A DNA stretch of 64,000 nt from an uncultured Candidatus Saccharibacteria bacterium (GTDB lineage: Bacteria > Patescibacteriota > Andersenbacteria > UBA10190), in NCBI GenBank assembly GCA_964610055.1, contig CAZSUC010000002.1:82283-146282 (forward strand). The letters run 5' to 3'. The position numbers and the translations under genes are program-made. The notes under the pieces were generated by a model that did not search any database, was not told the DNA's origin, and was given only the letters and a program-made list of their open reading frames with translations. Positions 37,313 to 48,150 of the stretch are shown here, piece by piece (within the stretch, counting starts at the first letter, position 1; the number at the start of each line of letters is the position of its first letter).

Positions 37313-38059
37313 ATGCCAAGGATGGATAAAATCCACGCGTTAGTTCTTTCTCGACGTGACGTGGGGGAAGCTGATAGGATAGTGACTTTATTAGCGCGAG
37401 AAAAGGGTATAATTAAGGTGGTGGCCAAGGGAGTAAGGATGGTGCCTTCAAGACGAGGAGGTCATTTAGAACCGTTGACGCATGTATTGTGTGTCGTTAA
37501 TGGTTCTCGCGGACATTATTATTTGTCTGGAGTTGAAACGCTGGATTATTACGCTTCTTTGCATCATGATCCCATTGCTTTAGCACGCATACAAGGAGTG
37601 TTACGGGTAATGAGAAGTGTGATTGAGGAAGGAAGAGAGGAAGAAAGTATTTTTGATGCGGTGCATCAGGCGTGTGGCTTAATGCCAAAGTTGTCGTCCG
37701 GAAAACAGGATATGTTAGAGGCGGCTTTATTATTGTATTTATTGAAAGAAGCCGGGTTAATGCCGACTTTAGAAACGTGTCAAAGATGCGGACGGAGTCC
37801 GGTGGACACAGTTGTTTTGCAACCGCAAGAAGGCGGTTGGTTGTGTTTATCTTGTTGCCATTCTTTAGCTGAAGCAACCTGGTCAATCACGCCTCGATTG
37901 TTGAAAGTGGTGCGGTGGTTAAGTGTATACCCGGAACGAGCTCTAAAAGTTATGATTACAGAGGCAGAGAGTGAGCAATTAGTCCGAGTGGTGCGAGGTT
38001 ATGTGCAAGCAGTGGCAGAAAACATGGTGCCAGAGAAACGAATGAGTGTGTATCGTTAA
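37313..38059 (+). CDS. recO: DNA repair protein RecO
   Basis: GEADRIVTLL..G..VAKGVR and Zn finger CQRC...CLSC. Confidence 0.92.
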   Translation: MPRMDKIHALVLSRRDVGEADRIVTLLAREKGIIKVVAKGVRMVPSRRGGHLEPLTHVLCVVNGSRGHYYLSGVETLDYYASLHHDPIALARIQGVLRVMRSVIEEGREEESIFDAVHQACGLMPKLSSGKQDMLEAALLLYLLKEAGLMPTLETCQRCGRSPVDTVVLQPQEGGWLCLSCCHSLAEATWSITPRLLKVVRWLSVYPERALKVMITEAESEQLVRVVRGYVQAVAENMVPEKRMSVYR

Positions 38060-38066
38060 GAGAACT

Positions 38067-40052
38067 ATGGAACAGACTAACAACAATTCAGGATCGAAAC
38101 AGGAGGATGAGCCGCGAATGATTCGGCGAGAATTGCCAAAGCTAGAAAAGCAATTATATGCGCGACAAGAGTCTGACGTGATTAAGCAAAGAGCCGAAGA
38201 AATTAGTCGTTTAGGGGCGCGAGAAAATCAGATAGCAGAAGAGTACCAAAATGCCCAAACAGCTCCACGAGTGTATCGAGATATTCAGAAAGAAAGAGCG
38301 CGGAAATGGCGCAAGGTGTTATTAATTGCGGGATTAGGGGTAGGGGTCGCAGGATTATTAGCGGCCGCAATTGGTGGGTTTGTTTGGTATCGTTTGCGCG
38401 TGAGTGTGAATGCAGAACAATTGCAAGTTGAAGTGCTGGCCGCTGAAGCAATTACATCGGGTGATCTAGTGACGTATACAGTGAAGTATGGCAACGATAG
38501 TTATGTAGATTGGTTAGATGTAGAGCTAGTTATTGAGGTGCCTTTAGGTTTTCAGGTGACCAGTGTTCCGGAAGGAGCAGAATTAAGTGGGCGGACATAC
38601 GTGGTAGCGATTGGGCAGTTAAATAAAGGAGAAAGCGGGGAAGTTGAGTTATCTGGCCGGTTAGTGGGGGAATTAAGTTCTTCAGCGAAAGCACAAGCGA
38701 CGCTATATGCTTCACCAGAAAACTATCAAAAGGTTCAGTTTGAAAAATCAGCAATTGTCTCAACGACCTTTATTGCGGTGCCCTTAGATTTAGCTTTAGA
38801 GGCTCCTAGTCGCATAGTGCCAGGAGAACAGATGCTGGTTAAAATTTCGGTAACAAATACGAGTGAAGATGCGATTGATAATAGCTATTTAAAACTAAGT
38901 ATTCCGGCGGGTATGCAAGCTGTGACTGAAGATCCGCAGTTTACGGATGATTTTTCAGTAGTGGATAGTCGTTGGATGTTACCAGCTTTAGAGCCGTATG
39001 AAACAGTGACTCGACAAGCTGTAATGTTGGTTGAGGGTCAGTCCGGAGATAAACGAATTTTAGAAGTGTCACTAGGGATTTTGAATGATGAAAATTCGTT
39101 TGTACAACAAACGCAATCAGTGATTGCGGTCTTAACATCGCCGGAATTACAAATTGAACAACAATATAATGGAAGTAGTGATTCGATTGTGGCAGCAGCA
39201 GGAGAGACGGTGAGCGGAGTAATTACTTATCGCAATGTCGGGCAAATCGCTTTGCAAGACGTGGTGGTGACAGCGCAGATTGAAGGTGATGCTTTTGATC
39301 CGGAGACATTAAAGTTAACCAGTGGGGCTTATGATATTGAGACTAAGAAAATTACTTGGACAGCGGCGTCAGTGTCGCAATTGGCAGTATTGCAACCGCA
39401 AGCGGAAGGGCAATTAGAATATTCATTCAAAATTAAGGAGATTGATAATTTTGCGACTGATGAATCATCGGAAAATAATGTGGTGGTAGTGACGGCGAAC
39501 GTTGATAGTCCGACGATTACCAATACGGGTCAGGAAGCAAGTGGAAGTGACCGGAAATTAATTTCGATTCGATCAGATATGACTTTGGATATAACGGCAT
39601 TTTACGATGACGGTCGGTTAGGGTTGGTGAGTAGTGGTCCATTACCGCCGGAGGTTGGGCAGGAGACGACATATACAGTGCGAGTGAGGGTAGGATCGGT
39701 GTTGAATACTTTGGGGGATGTGCGAGCAACGATTATATTAGCTGATGGAGTGAAATATACTGGGCAATCAGTTAAAACTGCGGGTGAGATCTCGTTTAAT
39801 GATAGAACAGGTGAGATGGTTTGGAATATTGCGCAGGTGGGAGCGGGAGCGGGCAGAATTGATCCGGCGGAGGAATTATATATTCAGGTAGCGGTGGTGC
39901 CGGCGGAGTATCAGCGAGGTAATACAATTCAATTAGTGAATAAAGTTGAGGCGTCCGGTCAGGATATCTTTACGGAAAGTAATTTAAGCGCTCAGTTGGA
40001 TAAATTGCCAACGACAGCGACAGCTTCGTCTCAGCAAGGCGTTGTGCAGTAG
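38067..40052 (+). CDS. Large membrane-anchored protein with repeated Ig-like (DUF11-like) domains
   Basis: Single TM helix then repeated GD/GE..Y....N beta modules and GPLPPEVGQETTY; start at ATG 38067. Confidence 0.7.
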   Translation: MEQTNNNSGSKQEDEPRMIRRELPKLEKQLYARQESDVIKQRAEEISRLGARENQIAEEYQNAQTAPRVYRDIQKERARKWRKVLLIAGLGVGVAGLLAAAIGGFVWYRLRVSVNAEQLQVEVLAAEAITSGDLVTYTVKYGNDSYVDWLDVELVIEVPLGFQVTSVPEGAELSGRTYVVAIGQLNKGESGEVELSGRLVGELSSSAKAQATLYASPENYQKVQFEKSAIVSTTFIAVPLDLALEAPSRIVPGEQMLVKISVTNTSEDAIDNSYLKLSIPAGMQAVTEDPQFTDDFSVVDSRWMLPALEPYETVTRQAVMLVEGQSGDKRILEVSLGILNDENSFVQQTQSVIAVLTSPELQIEQQYNGSSDSIVAAAGETVSGVITYRNVGQIALQDVVVTAQIEGDAFDPETLKLTSGAYDIETKKITWTAASVSQLAVLQPQAEGQLEYSFKIKEIDNFATDESSENNVVVVTANVDSPTITNTGQEASGSDRKLISIRSDMTLDITAFYDDGRLGLVSSGPLPPEVGQETTYTVRVRVGSVLNTLGDVRATIILADGVKYTGQSVKTAGEISFNDRTGEMVWNIAQVGAGAGRIDPAEELYIQVAVVPAEYQRGNTIQLVNKVEASGQDIFTESNLSAQLDKLPTTATASSQQGVVQ

Positions 40053-40086
40053 CCAAAGGATGCAATTTTAGGTAGGATGCGCGCAT

Positions 40087-41253
40087 ATGGCAAAAAAGAA
40101 TGGTTTTAAATTTGAGATAGAAAGAAAATTGGGTCGAGCTCGACGCGGGCAGATAACAACGCCACATGGTCGAGTTGAAACGCCTTTTTTTCAATTTGTT
40201 GCAACTCAGGCGGCGATTAGAGGGCAAGTGTTTACGGAAGATTTGGAGGCATTAGGTGTGCAGGTGGTATTATCTAACACCTATCATTTACATTTGCGGC
40301 CAGGTGAGGATTTGGTGGCGGAGGCAGGCGGATTACACGGATTGATGCAATGGCCCGGAGTCATGACAACTGATTCAGGAGGATATCAAGTGTTTAGCTT
40401 AGGTAAAAATGTAACACGAGATGAAGAGGGGGTAACGTTTAGGTCGCCATTGGATGGAAAAGAATATCGGTTAACGCCTGAAAGCGTGATGAAAATCGAG
40501 GAAAAGTTAGGGGCTGATATGATTATGCCGCTTGATGTGTGCACGCCATATCGAGCGGAGCGCGAAGAAGTGGCGGCAGCAGTGCGAGTAACGCAGTTAT
40601 GGGCTAAACGTTGTTGCGATGAACACGCGCGTTTGCAAGCAGAGCGTTCTAATCAGCAAGCATTATACGGTATCTTGCAGGGCGGAGTGTATCCAGATTT
40701 ACGAGAAAAAGCCGCGGAAGGTTTGGCGGAGCTAGGATTTTTTGGGCATGCGGTTGGAGGTGAGTTACGAGACGGAGAAGAATCAGCCATGGGAATGCAG
40801 CTAGACTATATTGCTGATTTGTTACCATCAGATGGACCGAGATATGTTATGGGAGCGGGAGCTCCGGAAGATATTGTACGAGCGGTGCGGTCCGGTTTAG
40901 ATCAATTTGATACAGTTTTTCCGGTGCGGAATGCGCGTCATGGTCGAGTGTATCGCAACTTAAATGTTAATTATTTAGAAGAGGTTCTGATGGATCCGGA
41001 GCAGCCGGTTGAAGCTGATAGGTTGTACCAGGCAGTTAATGTCAAAAGAGCAGAGTTTGCTCGGGACTGGTCAGAGTTTTCGCCTGGAAATCCAGCGATA
41101 AAAAAACCATATACGGTTGCTTATGTGCATCATTTATTTCGAGCAGAAGCGCCGAGTGGTTTTCGATTAGCGGTGCTGCATAATATGCATTTTTATTTAG
41201 ACTTGATGCGATCTATCCGAGCAGCAATCGAAAAACGTGGCGAACAAGTTTAG
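40087..41253 (+). CDS. tgt: tRNA-guanine transglycosylase (divergent, lacking Zn cysteines)
   Basis: SNTYHLHLRPG, TDSGGYQVFSL, MPLDVC, GILQGG, YVMG and FD..FP.RNARHG. Confidence 0.93.
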   Translation: MAKKNGFKFEIERKLGRARRGQITTPHGRVETPFFQFVATQAAIRGQVFTEDLEALGVQVVLSNTYHLHLRPGEDLVAEAGGLHGLMQWPGVMTTDSGGYQVFSLGKNVTRDEEGVTFRSPLDGKEYRLTPESVMKIEEKLGADMIMPLDVCTPYRAEREEVAAAVRVTQLWAKRCCDEHARLQAERSNQQALYGILQGGVYPDLREKAAEGLAELGFFGHAVGGELRDGEESAMGMQLDYIADLLPSDGPRYVMGAGAPEDIVRAVRSGLDQFDTVFPVRNARHGRVYRNLNVNYLEEVLMDPEQPVEADRLYQAVNVKRAEFARDWSEFSPGNPAIKKPYTVAYVHHLFRAEAPSGFRLAVLHNMHFYLDLMRSIRAAIEKRGEQV

Positions 41254-41270
41254 CGTGATATAATAGAAGT

Positions 41271-41804
41271 ATGGATATTCATGGATTATTAAATCGTGAG
41301 CAAGCCGAGCGGAGGGAGAATGATACGTCTGGATTACAGGTGGCAAGTCATAATGATTCGTTAAATCGTGGTCTAGAAGGCGGCGACGAACCGATAGTGA
41401 AACAGCCGGATATGGCTGATGAAATTAGGAAGATGAGACAAGAGGTAAAAGGGAAATATAAGGTGGACAGAGAGCAATTGTCTCGAGAACATCGAAGGGA
41501 GAAGGTGGATTTTCGGCGAGATTGGAAGAAACGAGAAGATGAGATTAAGCAGGCGTTAAAGCAGGGCGGAGAGAAAAGACGAAAGTTATTACGGGCAGCC
41601 GGAGTATCTCAGTCTCGAGAGCATAGGTTAGATCCCGAGAAAGCAGATCGGATTGTATGGCAAGAGCACATGAAAGATAAAAATTTAGCGTATCGGCATT
41701 TAGAACGACAGAACAGTAAAAGCATACGGTCATTAGGCAGACAAAGAGATGAGAATATTAGTCGAGGAAGGACAGAGTTGCGTCGAGATGTTAGATTCAT
41801 GTAA
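41271..41804 (+). CDS. Hypothetical highly charged (Arg/Lys/Glu) helical protein
   Basis: 177-aa ORF with TGnTATAAT 6 nt before the ATG. Confidence 0.65.
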   Translation: MDIHGLLNREQAERRENDTSGLQVASHNDSLNRGLEGGDEPIVKQPDMADEIRKMRQEVKGKYKVDREQLSREHRREKVDFRRDWKKREDEIKQALKQGGEKRRKLLRAAGVSQSREHRLDPEKADRIVWQEHMKDKNLAYRHLERQNSKSIRSLGRQRDENISRGRTELRRDVRFM

Positions 41805-41815
41805 GGTGAAACGTT

Positions 41816-43201
41816 ATGAGTGAAGTAAAAGCCAATACAGAGTTAGATAAGATAGTTGATTTGTGCAAGCGACGAGGATTTATTTTTCCGGGGTCGGAAA
41901 TTTATGGCGGTTTACGGAATAGTTGGGATTATGGACCGTTGGGGGTGCAATTAAAAAATAATTTACGGGATGAATGGTGGCGGCATTATGTGGAGAAACG
42001 GGCGGATATAGTTGGTTTGGATGCGGCGATTTTAATGAATCCGAGAGTATGGGAAGCGTCGGGACACGTCGCTGGTTTTACTGATCCGTTGGTAGAAGAT
42101 AAGGTGACACATAAGAGGTACCGAGCCGATCAGTTGGTGGCGGAAGTGACAGGCACAGAAGTGGATGGGTTAAGCTTAGAAGAATTAGCGCAGCTGATTA
42201 AAGAAAAAGGAATTAAAAGTCCGGATGGAAATGAACTGTCTGAGCCGCGGAAATTTAATTTATTATTTGAAACATCTTTAGGGACAGTGGAAGGGGAGAA
42301 ATCAGCAATTTACTTGCGAGGAGAGTTGGCACAATCAATGTTTGTGGATTTTAAGCGGATTTTAGAGACGACGCGGGCGCAAGTGCCGTTTGGCATCGCG
42401 CAGATTGGACGTGTATTCCGTAATGAAATTACGCCGGGCAATTTTACGTTTAGGACGTTGGAATTTGATTTGATGGAGTTTGAATATTTTGTTAGAGAGG
42501 AAGAATGGGAACAGTGGTTCAATTACTGGTTGGAAGATATGCAAGCGTGGGTGACAAAAGTAATCGGGATAACACCGGAGCGAATTCGAGTACGTGAACA
42601 TTCACCGGAAGAACTGTCACATTATTCGAAAAAGACAGCGGATTTGGAATATTTAACTTCTTTTGGGTGGAAAGAAATGTTTGGGATTGCATATCGGCCG
42701 CGCGATTTACAAAATCATGCGGAGCAAAGTGGAGAGGATTTGCGTTTTACTAATCCGCAGACGGGAGAAAAGTTTTTCCCGCAAACTATTGAGCCAACCT
42801 TTGGTCTGACGCGTTTAGTGCTGTTTGTTTTACTGGACGCATTTGCTGAAGAAGAAGTGCGAGGAGAAAAGAGAACTGTTTTACGCATTAAGCCGAGTTT
42901 GGCGCCGTATCAGGTGGCTGTTTTGCCATTATCAAAGAAGCAAGAATTGATGGAAGTTGCAGAGCCATTAGCGGAACGACTAAGAGAAAATTGGCGATGC
43001 GATTACGATGTAACTCAGTCAATTGGAAAGCGATACCGGCGACAAGATGAAATCGGAACGCCAATATGTATAACAGTTGATTTTGATACCTTAAAAGATG
43101 AAGCGGTGACAATTCGGCATCGAGATAGTATGGAGCAGGAACGAATACCCCTAGATAAATTAGAAGAGAGAATAAGGGAAGAATTGACAAAATCTTTTTA
43201 A
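41816..43201 (+). CDS. glyQS: Glycine--tRNA ligase, homodimeric (alpha2) type
   Basis: KRRGFIFPGSEIYGG, WDYGPLG, FRNEITP, IEPTFG and SIGKRYRRQDEIGTP. Confidence 0.96.
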   Translation: MSEVKANTELDKIVDLCKRRGFIFPGSEIYGGLRNSWDYGPLGVQLKNNLRDEWWRHYVEKRADIVGLDAAILMNPRVWEASGHVAGFTDPLVEDKVTHKRYRADQLVAEVTGTEVDGLSLEELAQLIKEKGIKSPDGNELSEPRKFNLLFETSLGTVEGEKSAIYLRGELAQSMFVDFKRILETTRAQVPFGIAQIGRVFRNEITPGNFTFRTLEFDLMEFEYFVREEEWEQWFNYWLEDMQAWVTKVIGITPERIRVREHSPEELSHYSKKTADLEYLTSFGWKEMFGIAYRPRDLQNHAEQSGEDLRFTNPQTGEKFFPQTIEPTFGLTRLVLFVLLDAFAEEEVRGEKRTVLRIKPSLAPYQVAVLPLSKKQELMEVAEPLAERLRENWRCDYDVTQSIGKRYRRQDEIGTPICITVDFDTLKDEAVTIRHRDSMEQERIPLDKLEERIREELTKSF

Positions 43202-43264
43202 GGTGGTTTGACGCAGTTATATAGGTGTTGTGCGTAAGGCGAATTTACGATAGGCTAAGAGGCT

Positions 43265-44545
43265 ATGTCAAAATTTTCTATAACCAAAACAAAATTATCT
43301 AATGGAATTGATGTGGTTTTGATGCCACGACGGGAGAGTCAAACGGTGACTTTTCAAGTGCTATTAGGAGTGGGTTCACGATACGAGACGCCGAAACAGG
43401 CGGGGTTGTCACATTTTCTGGAACATATGTTTTTTAAAGGAACGAATAAGCGTCCGAGTTCCAAACAGATTGCCGAAGAGTTAGAAGCGTTAGGGGCAGA
43501 TTTTAATGCTTTTACAGGGGAAGAATACACGGGATATTACGTAAAAATTGCGGCGAAGTATTTGCAGCAAGGAGCAGAGGTAGTGAGTGATATCTTATTA
43601 GACCCGTTATTTGAAGAGGCAGAGATTGAGAAAGAACGAGGCGTGATTCAGGAAGAGATAAAAATGTATACCGATACACCCATGCGGCATATTTGGCATT
43701 TATGGAATCAAGGGCTATACGGATCACATGCCTTAGGCCGGCGCATTGACGGAACGCCGGAAACAGTTGATGCCTTTAAACGGAAGGATATTGCGGGGTA
43801 TGCCCGAAAGCATTATTTATCTGGTAATGCTGTGATTACTGTGGCGGGTCGGTTTCAGGAAAAGTCAGTCATGAAATATTTGGAAGATATGTTAGGGGTA
43901 TTGCCGCAAGGTGAAGCAACTCAGCCAAAACCAGCTCCCAAAAAACGACCAGCACAGAGAGTGGTGTTTCAGTCACGTCCATCTTTAGATCAGACCCATA
44001 TTATGGTCGGGGTGCCAGGGTGTGGCTTAAACGATAAGGAGCGATGGACAGCGGAAGTGTTAGCAACAATTTTAGGTCAAGGGATGAGTAGTCGTCTGTT
44101 TGAAGAGGTGCGGGAAAAACGAGGGTTGGCGTATTCAATTAAAACCTATGTCGATATGATGACGGATACAGGTGCCTTTGTGACCCAAGCCGGGGTGAGA
44201 ACGTCGGCGGCTGAAGAAGCGGTACGAGCCATTTTAGAGCAATATGATTTGCTGATAAAAGAACCGGTAGCAGATGCAGAGCTAGATAAAGCAAAACAGA
44301 TGATCAGAGGTAATCTTTTGATGGAATTAGAGGAAACAAGTGCGTTGGCTTTGTTTGCCGGGGCGCAAGAAGTTTTACAGGGCAAGATTATGACTCCGGA
44401 TGAAATGTTGGAAAAAGTAGAGGCAGTGACAGTAGGTGACGTACAGGCGTGGGCGCAGAAAGCATTGCAGCCTAAGTTGAGAATGGTAGCAGTCTTAGGG
44501 CCGCAAAGATCAGCGCGAGCGTTTGAGAAGCAACTTGGGGTATAA
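43265..44545 (+). CDS. M16 family (pitrilysin-like) zinc peptidase
   Basis: HFLEH inverted zincin, NAFT and SSRLFEEVREKRGLAY. Confidence 0.93.
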   Translation: MSKFSITKTKLSNGIDVVLMPRRESQTVTFQVLLGVGSRYETPKQAGLSHFLEHMFFKGTNKRPSSKQIAEELEALGADFNAFTGEEYTGYYVKIAAKYLQQGAEVVSDILLDPLFEEAEIEKERGVIQEEIKMYTDTPMRHIWHLWNQGLYGSHALGRRIDGTPETVDAFKRKDIAGYARKHYLSGNAVITVAGRFQEKSVMKYLEDMLGVLPQGEATQPKPAPKKRPAQRVVFQSRPSLDQTHIMVGVPGCGLNDKERWTAEVLATILGQGMSSRLFEEVREKRGLAYSIKTYVDMMTDTGAFVTQAGVRTSAAEEAVRAILEQYDLLIKEPVADAELDKAKQMIRGNLLMELEETSALALFAGAQEVLQGKIMTPDEMLEKVEAVTVGDVQAWAQKALQPKLRMVAVLGPQRSARAFEKQLGV

Positions 44546-44552
44546 TAAAAGT

Positions 44553-45590
44553 ATGGATCGGGAAAATCGAATTAAAGTGGATATCTCAAGCGGGACTGTT
44601 TTTCGAATAGTCTTTATTATTCTGGGATTTGCGTTGTTATATTACATTGCTGATATTGTCATGATGTTGTTGGCGGCCGTGGTGTTGGCGGCGGCGATTG
44701 AACCAGTAGCAAATTATTTGCAAAAGTATCGTATCCCACGGGCAGTTTCGGTACTGGTGGTTTATGTGGCTATTTTGGCGGTGGTATCAGGTGCAGTAAC
44801 TTTAATGATTGAACCGTTAGCTGAGCAAACACAACAATTAGCGGTCGCGATTCCACGTTTGGCTAATAGCGTTGAGGAGTGGTTGCCTAACATTTTGCAT
44901 TATGATCAGGAAACTATTGCTGCGAATTTGCAAGGAGCGGTAGCAAAATTAGGGAGTGAGCTCGGTAATTTAAGCGCTAATATTTTTGTGCAGACTAGAA
45001 TGGTGTTGTCAGGAATTACGGCGGCGATTTTTGTGTTTGTGATCGCGTTTTATTTAGTCATTGAACAAGATGCGATGAAAAAATTTGTGCGGTTAGTGAC
45101 ACCAAAAGCACATGTGGCTTTTGTTGAACAGAGTGTGGATCAAGCGCAAAAGAAAGTAGGACGTTGGATTGTGGCTCAAATTACCCTAGGGGTAATTGTA
45201 GGGATTGTAGTGGGATTAGGATTGTGGGTACTGCGTATGCCGTATGCTTTGCCTTTAGCGGTGCTAGCGGGGATTTTGGAATTGCTGCCAGTAATTGGGC
45301 CGGTGATTGCAGCAGTGCCGGGGGTAATTGTAGGCTTTGCGCAGTCATGGTTAATTGGATTACTAGCTTTGGCGCTGTATATTATTGTGCAGCAATTAGA
45401 GAATAACGTGTTGGTGCCAGGGATTATGAGACGGGCAATTGGTTTGCATCCGTTAGTAACAATTATTGCAATTCTATTTGGAGCGCGCTTAGCTGGATTT
45501 ATGGGGGTTATTTTAGCAGTGCCGATTGCGACAATTATGGGAATTTTCCTAAGTGATGTTTTTGGAGAAGGGCGTGAGCAATCAGTTTAA
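44553..45590 (+). CDS. AI-2E family transporter
   Basis: LPVIGP, QQLENNVLVP, LHPL and GVILAVP; start at ATG 44553. Confidence 0.9.
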   Translation: MDRENRIKVDISSGTVFRIVFIILGFALLYYIADIVMMLLAAVVLAAAIEPVANYLQKYRIPRAVSVLVVYVAILAVVSGAVTLMIEPLAEQTQQLAVAIPRLANSVEEWLPNILHYDQETIAANLQGAVAKLGSELGNLSANIFVQTRMVLSGITAAIFVFVIAFYLVIEQDAMKKFVRLVTPKAHVAFVEQSVDQAQKKVGRWIVAQITLGVIVGIVVGLGLWVLRMPYALPLAVLAGILELLPVIGPVIAAVPGVIVGFAQSWLIGLLALALYIIVQQLENNVLVPGIMRRAIGLHPLVTIIAILFGARLAGFMGVILAVPIATIMGIFLSDVFGEGREQSV

Positions 45591-46030
45591 CGAGCTAGGA
45601 AAATCAAGGCGATAGTGATACAGAGGCTTTGAGGAATAAGGCCAAGGAAAACATTTTTTGTTTCCCATTGAATTTGGTTATGAAAGTTAATAAATGGTTT
45701 TAGCCAGGTTAATTTAGCTTTAATGCGTTCAGAAGAGAGATGCCAAAGACTATGGATGATGTCAGGTAAGTTGCCACCAAGAATGGCAAGTAAAATGGGC
45801 CAAGTGAAGAATTGTGATCCCAGTAAAAGCAAAGCAATAGCGGGTCCAAGACTGACATCTAAGGCAACTTGAAGATAAGGGAAGCTGGCATAGTCGGCAG
45901 GGTCAAAGTTCCAGTGATAAATAGTATCGGCAGTAAAGTGCCAGATAATAGTGCTAATGAAAATAAGGATGGGATTGTCAAACAAAAAAGCAAAAGGCAA
46001 ACTAGTGAGAGTGTGAGTGGTTGAGAGCAT
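45587..46030 (-). CDS. Membrane protein, possible metal-dependent hydrolase (YbcI-like)
   Basis: TH, HFTAD..H, LPD and FH motifs within hydrophobic helices; start MLSTTH at 46030. Confidence 0.6.
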   Translation of the reverse strand: MLSTTHTLTSLPFAFLFDNPILIFISTIIWHFTADTIYHWNFDPADYASFPYLQVALDVSLGPAIALLLLGSQFFTWPILLAILGGNLPDIIHSLWHLSSERIKAKLTWLKPFINFHNQIQWETKNVFLGLIPQSLCITIALIFLAR

Positions 46031-46050
46031 ATTGTTAATATACATATCAT

Positions 46051-46842
46051 ATGATAGATGCGCACGCCCATTTAGGAAGTAGCCAATTTGATGAAGATCG
46101 AGCGGAAGTAATAAAACGCGCGCAGGCAGCGGGAGTTGGGGCTTGGATTGAGATTGGAGCGGATATGTCGAGCAGTCGGCAAGCAGCACAGATGGTTCAT
46201 CAATATCAACAAGCATGGGCGACAGTGGGGGTTCATCCGGATGATATTGAGGAATTATCAGAAACTAATTGGGAAGAATTAGCGGAATTAGCGCGAGATG
46301 AAAAAGTGGTAGGTATTGGGGAAGTTGGTTTTGATTATTTTCGAGGAGGTAAGAGGAGCGTACAAGAACCAGTCTTGCGAAGATTTTTGGAGCTAGCCGT
46401 GCAAGTGCATAAACCCGTAGTTTTACATATGCGTAGTAGTGAAACGCAAGATGCAAATGCGGATATGATAGCGTTGTGGTTGTCATTGCCAGAGTCAGCG
46501 CGTCCACAAGCGATATTGCATTCGTATAGCGGGTCGTTGATGCAGGCAAAACAGTTAGTGAAACTTGGTTTCTATTTAGGGATTTCGGGGATAGTGACGT
46601 TTAAGAATGCCGGGGAATTGTTACAGGTAGGGCGCGAAATTGCATTAGACCATTTATTAATTGAGACGGATTCACCATTTTTGGCACCTCATCCATATCG
46701 AGGTCAGCGTAATGAGCCGGCGTATGTGAGGTTAGTGGCGGAAAAGATAGCTGATTTAAAAGGAATTGATTTCGTAGAAGTAGTGTCTGCAACGGAAGCG
46801 AATACGGAAAAAGTTTTTGGAATCAAGATAGAACATGACTGA
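46051..46842 (+). CDS. tatD: TatD family DNase
   Basis: IDAHAH, GVHP, GEVGFD, LHMR and ETDSPFLAP. Confidence 0.94.
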   Translation: MIDAHAHLGSSQFDEDRAEVIKRAQAAGVGAWIEIGADMSSSRQAAQMVHQYQQAWATVGVHPDDIEELSETNWEELAELARDEKVVGIGEVGFDYFRGGKRSVQEPVLRRFLELAVQVHKPVVLHMRSSETQDANADMIALWLSLPESARPQAILHSYSGSLMQAKQLVKLGFYLGISGIVTFKNAGELLQVGREIALDHLLIETDSPFLAPHPYRGQRNEPAYVRLVAEKIADLKGIDFVEVVSATEANTEKVFGIKIEHD

Positions 46843-48109
46843 TATGTACGTGCCATTAGCAGCGCGCATGCGTCCTCGTAATTTAGATGAATTTGTTGGT
46901 CAAGAAGAAATAGTAGGTAAGCAGACGTCTTTGCGACAAGCGATTGAAAAAGGTGAGATAGGATCGTTGCTTTTATGGGGTCCTCCCGGTGCGGGAAAGA
47001 CAACTTTAGCACATTTGATCGCAGCTCAGTTAGATGCAGCCGTAGAGCGGGTGAGCGCAGTAACGGCAGGCGTGAAGGATTTGCGAGAAGTAATTGGCAG
47101 AGCACAAGAATGGCGAAAAATTAAAAAACGAACAGTGTTAATTGTGGATGAAATTCACCGGTTTAATAAGGCACAGCAAGATGTGCTTTTGCCGGTGGTG
47201 GAAGAAGGATTAGTAACATTGATTGGGGCGACAACCGAAAATCCGTATTTTGAGGTGGTAGCAGCGTTAGTTTCTCGAGCACAAGTAGTGCAATTGAAAG
47301 GCCACGCCGATGAGGATATTATCAAAATTTTAGAGCAAGCTCTCAGCGATTCAGAGCGGGGCGTTCAGGTGAAAATGCTAAAAGGGACGAAAGAGGCAGT
47401 GGCAAAATTATCTAACGGAGATGGGCGTCGGGCGCTAAATATATTAGAACAAGTTGCGCAACGTGCTAAGAGAAACGGCGTGACAATTAAAATGGTGGAA
47501 GAAGCGGCGCACAAAGCAGTGATTCAGTACGACAAAGCAGGAGATGCTCATTACGATACAATATCGGCGTTTATAAAAAGTATGCGCGGTTCAGATCCGG
47601 ATGCGGCCCTATTTTATTTGTTTCGCATGGTATTGGCCGGAGAAGACCCGAAATTTATTGTGCGGCGGATGATGATTTTTGCATCGGAAGATATTGGCAA
47701 TGCTGATCCGCATGCTTTGATGGTGGCAGTATCGACAGCACAAGTGATTGAGCGAGTAGGGATGCCAGAAGGAGAATTTGCGTTAGCTCATGCGGCAACG
47801 TATTTAGCGGCAGCGCCGAAAAGTAACAGTGTATACATCGCCAAGGAGCGGGCAAAAGAGGACGTGCGTTTACATGGAAATGATGTCCCGCCAGGTAATG
47901 TAGTTAATGCGCCGGTGGCTGCGCTGAAGTCTCACGGTAAAGGGGTAGGGTACAAATATCCGCATGATTTTGTCGGACATATTGTTCAGCAAGAATATCG
48001 GCCTAGAGCTATCCAGAATAATATATATTACGAACCGGGATCGGACGGGTTTGAGAAGGAAGTAAAACGGAGAGTAGATGAAGCGCGAAAGATATTAAGA
48101 GGAAAGTAA
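46835..48109 (+). CDS. rarA: Replication-associated recombination protein A
   Basis: [40 protein letters not shown] and ASEDIGNAD. Confidence 0.95.
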   Translation: MTDMYVPLAARMRPRNLDEFVGQEEIVGKQTSLRQAIEKGEIGSLLLWGPPGAGKTTLAHLIAAQLDAAVERVSAVTAGVKDLREVIGRAQEWRKIKKRTVLIVDEIHRFNKAQQDVLLPVVEEGLVTLIGATTENPYFEVVAALVSRAQVVQLKGHADEDIIKILEQALSDSERGVQVKMLKGTKEAVAKLSNGDGRRALNILEQVAQRAKRNGVTIKMVEEAAHKAVIQYDKAGDAHYDTISAFIKSMRGSDPDAALFYLFRMVLAGEDPKFIVRRMMIFASEDIGNADPHALMVAVSTAQVIERVGMPEGEFALAHAATYLAAAPKSNSVYIAKERAKEDVRLHGNDVPPGNVVNAPVAALKSHGKGVGYKYPHDFVGHIVQQEYRPRAIQNNIYYEPGSDGFEKEVKRRVDEARKILRGK

Positions 48110-48150
48110 GTTGGCTTGTGTGTAAAGGGAAGTGACAGTAATGTGTATTT

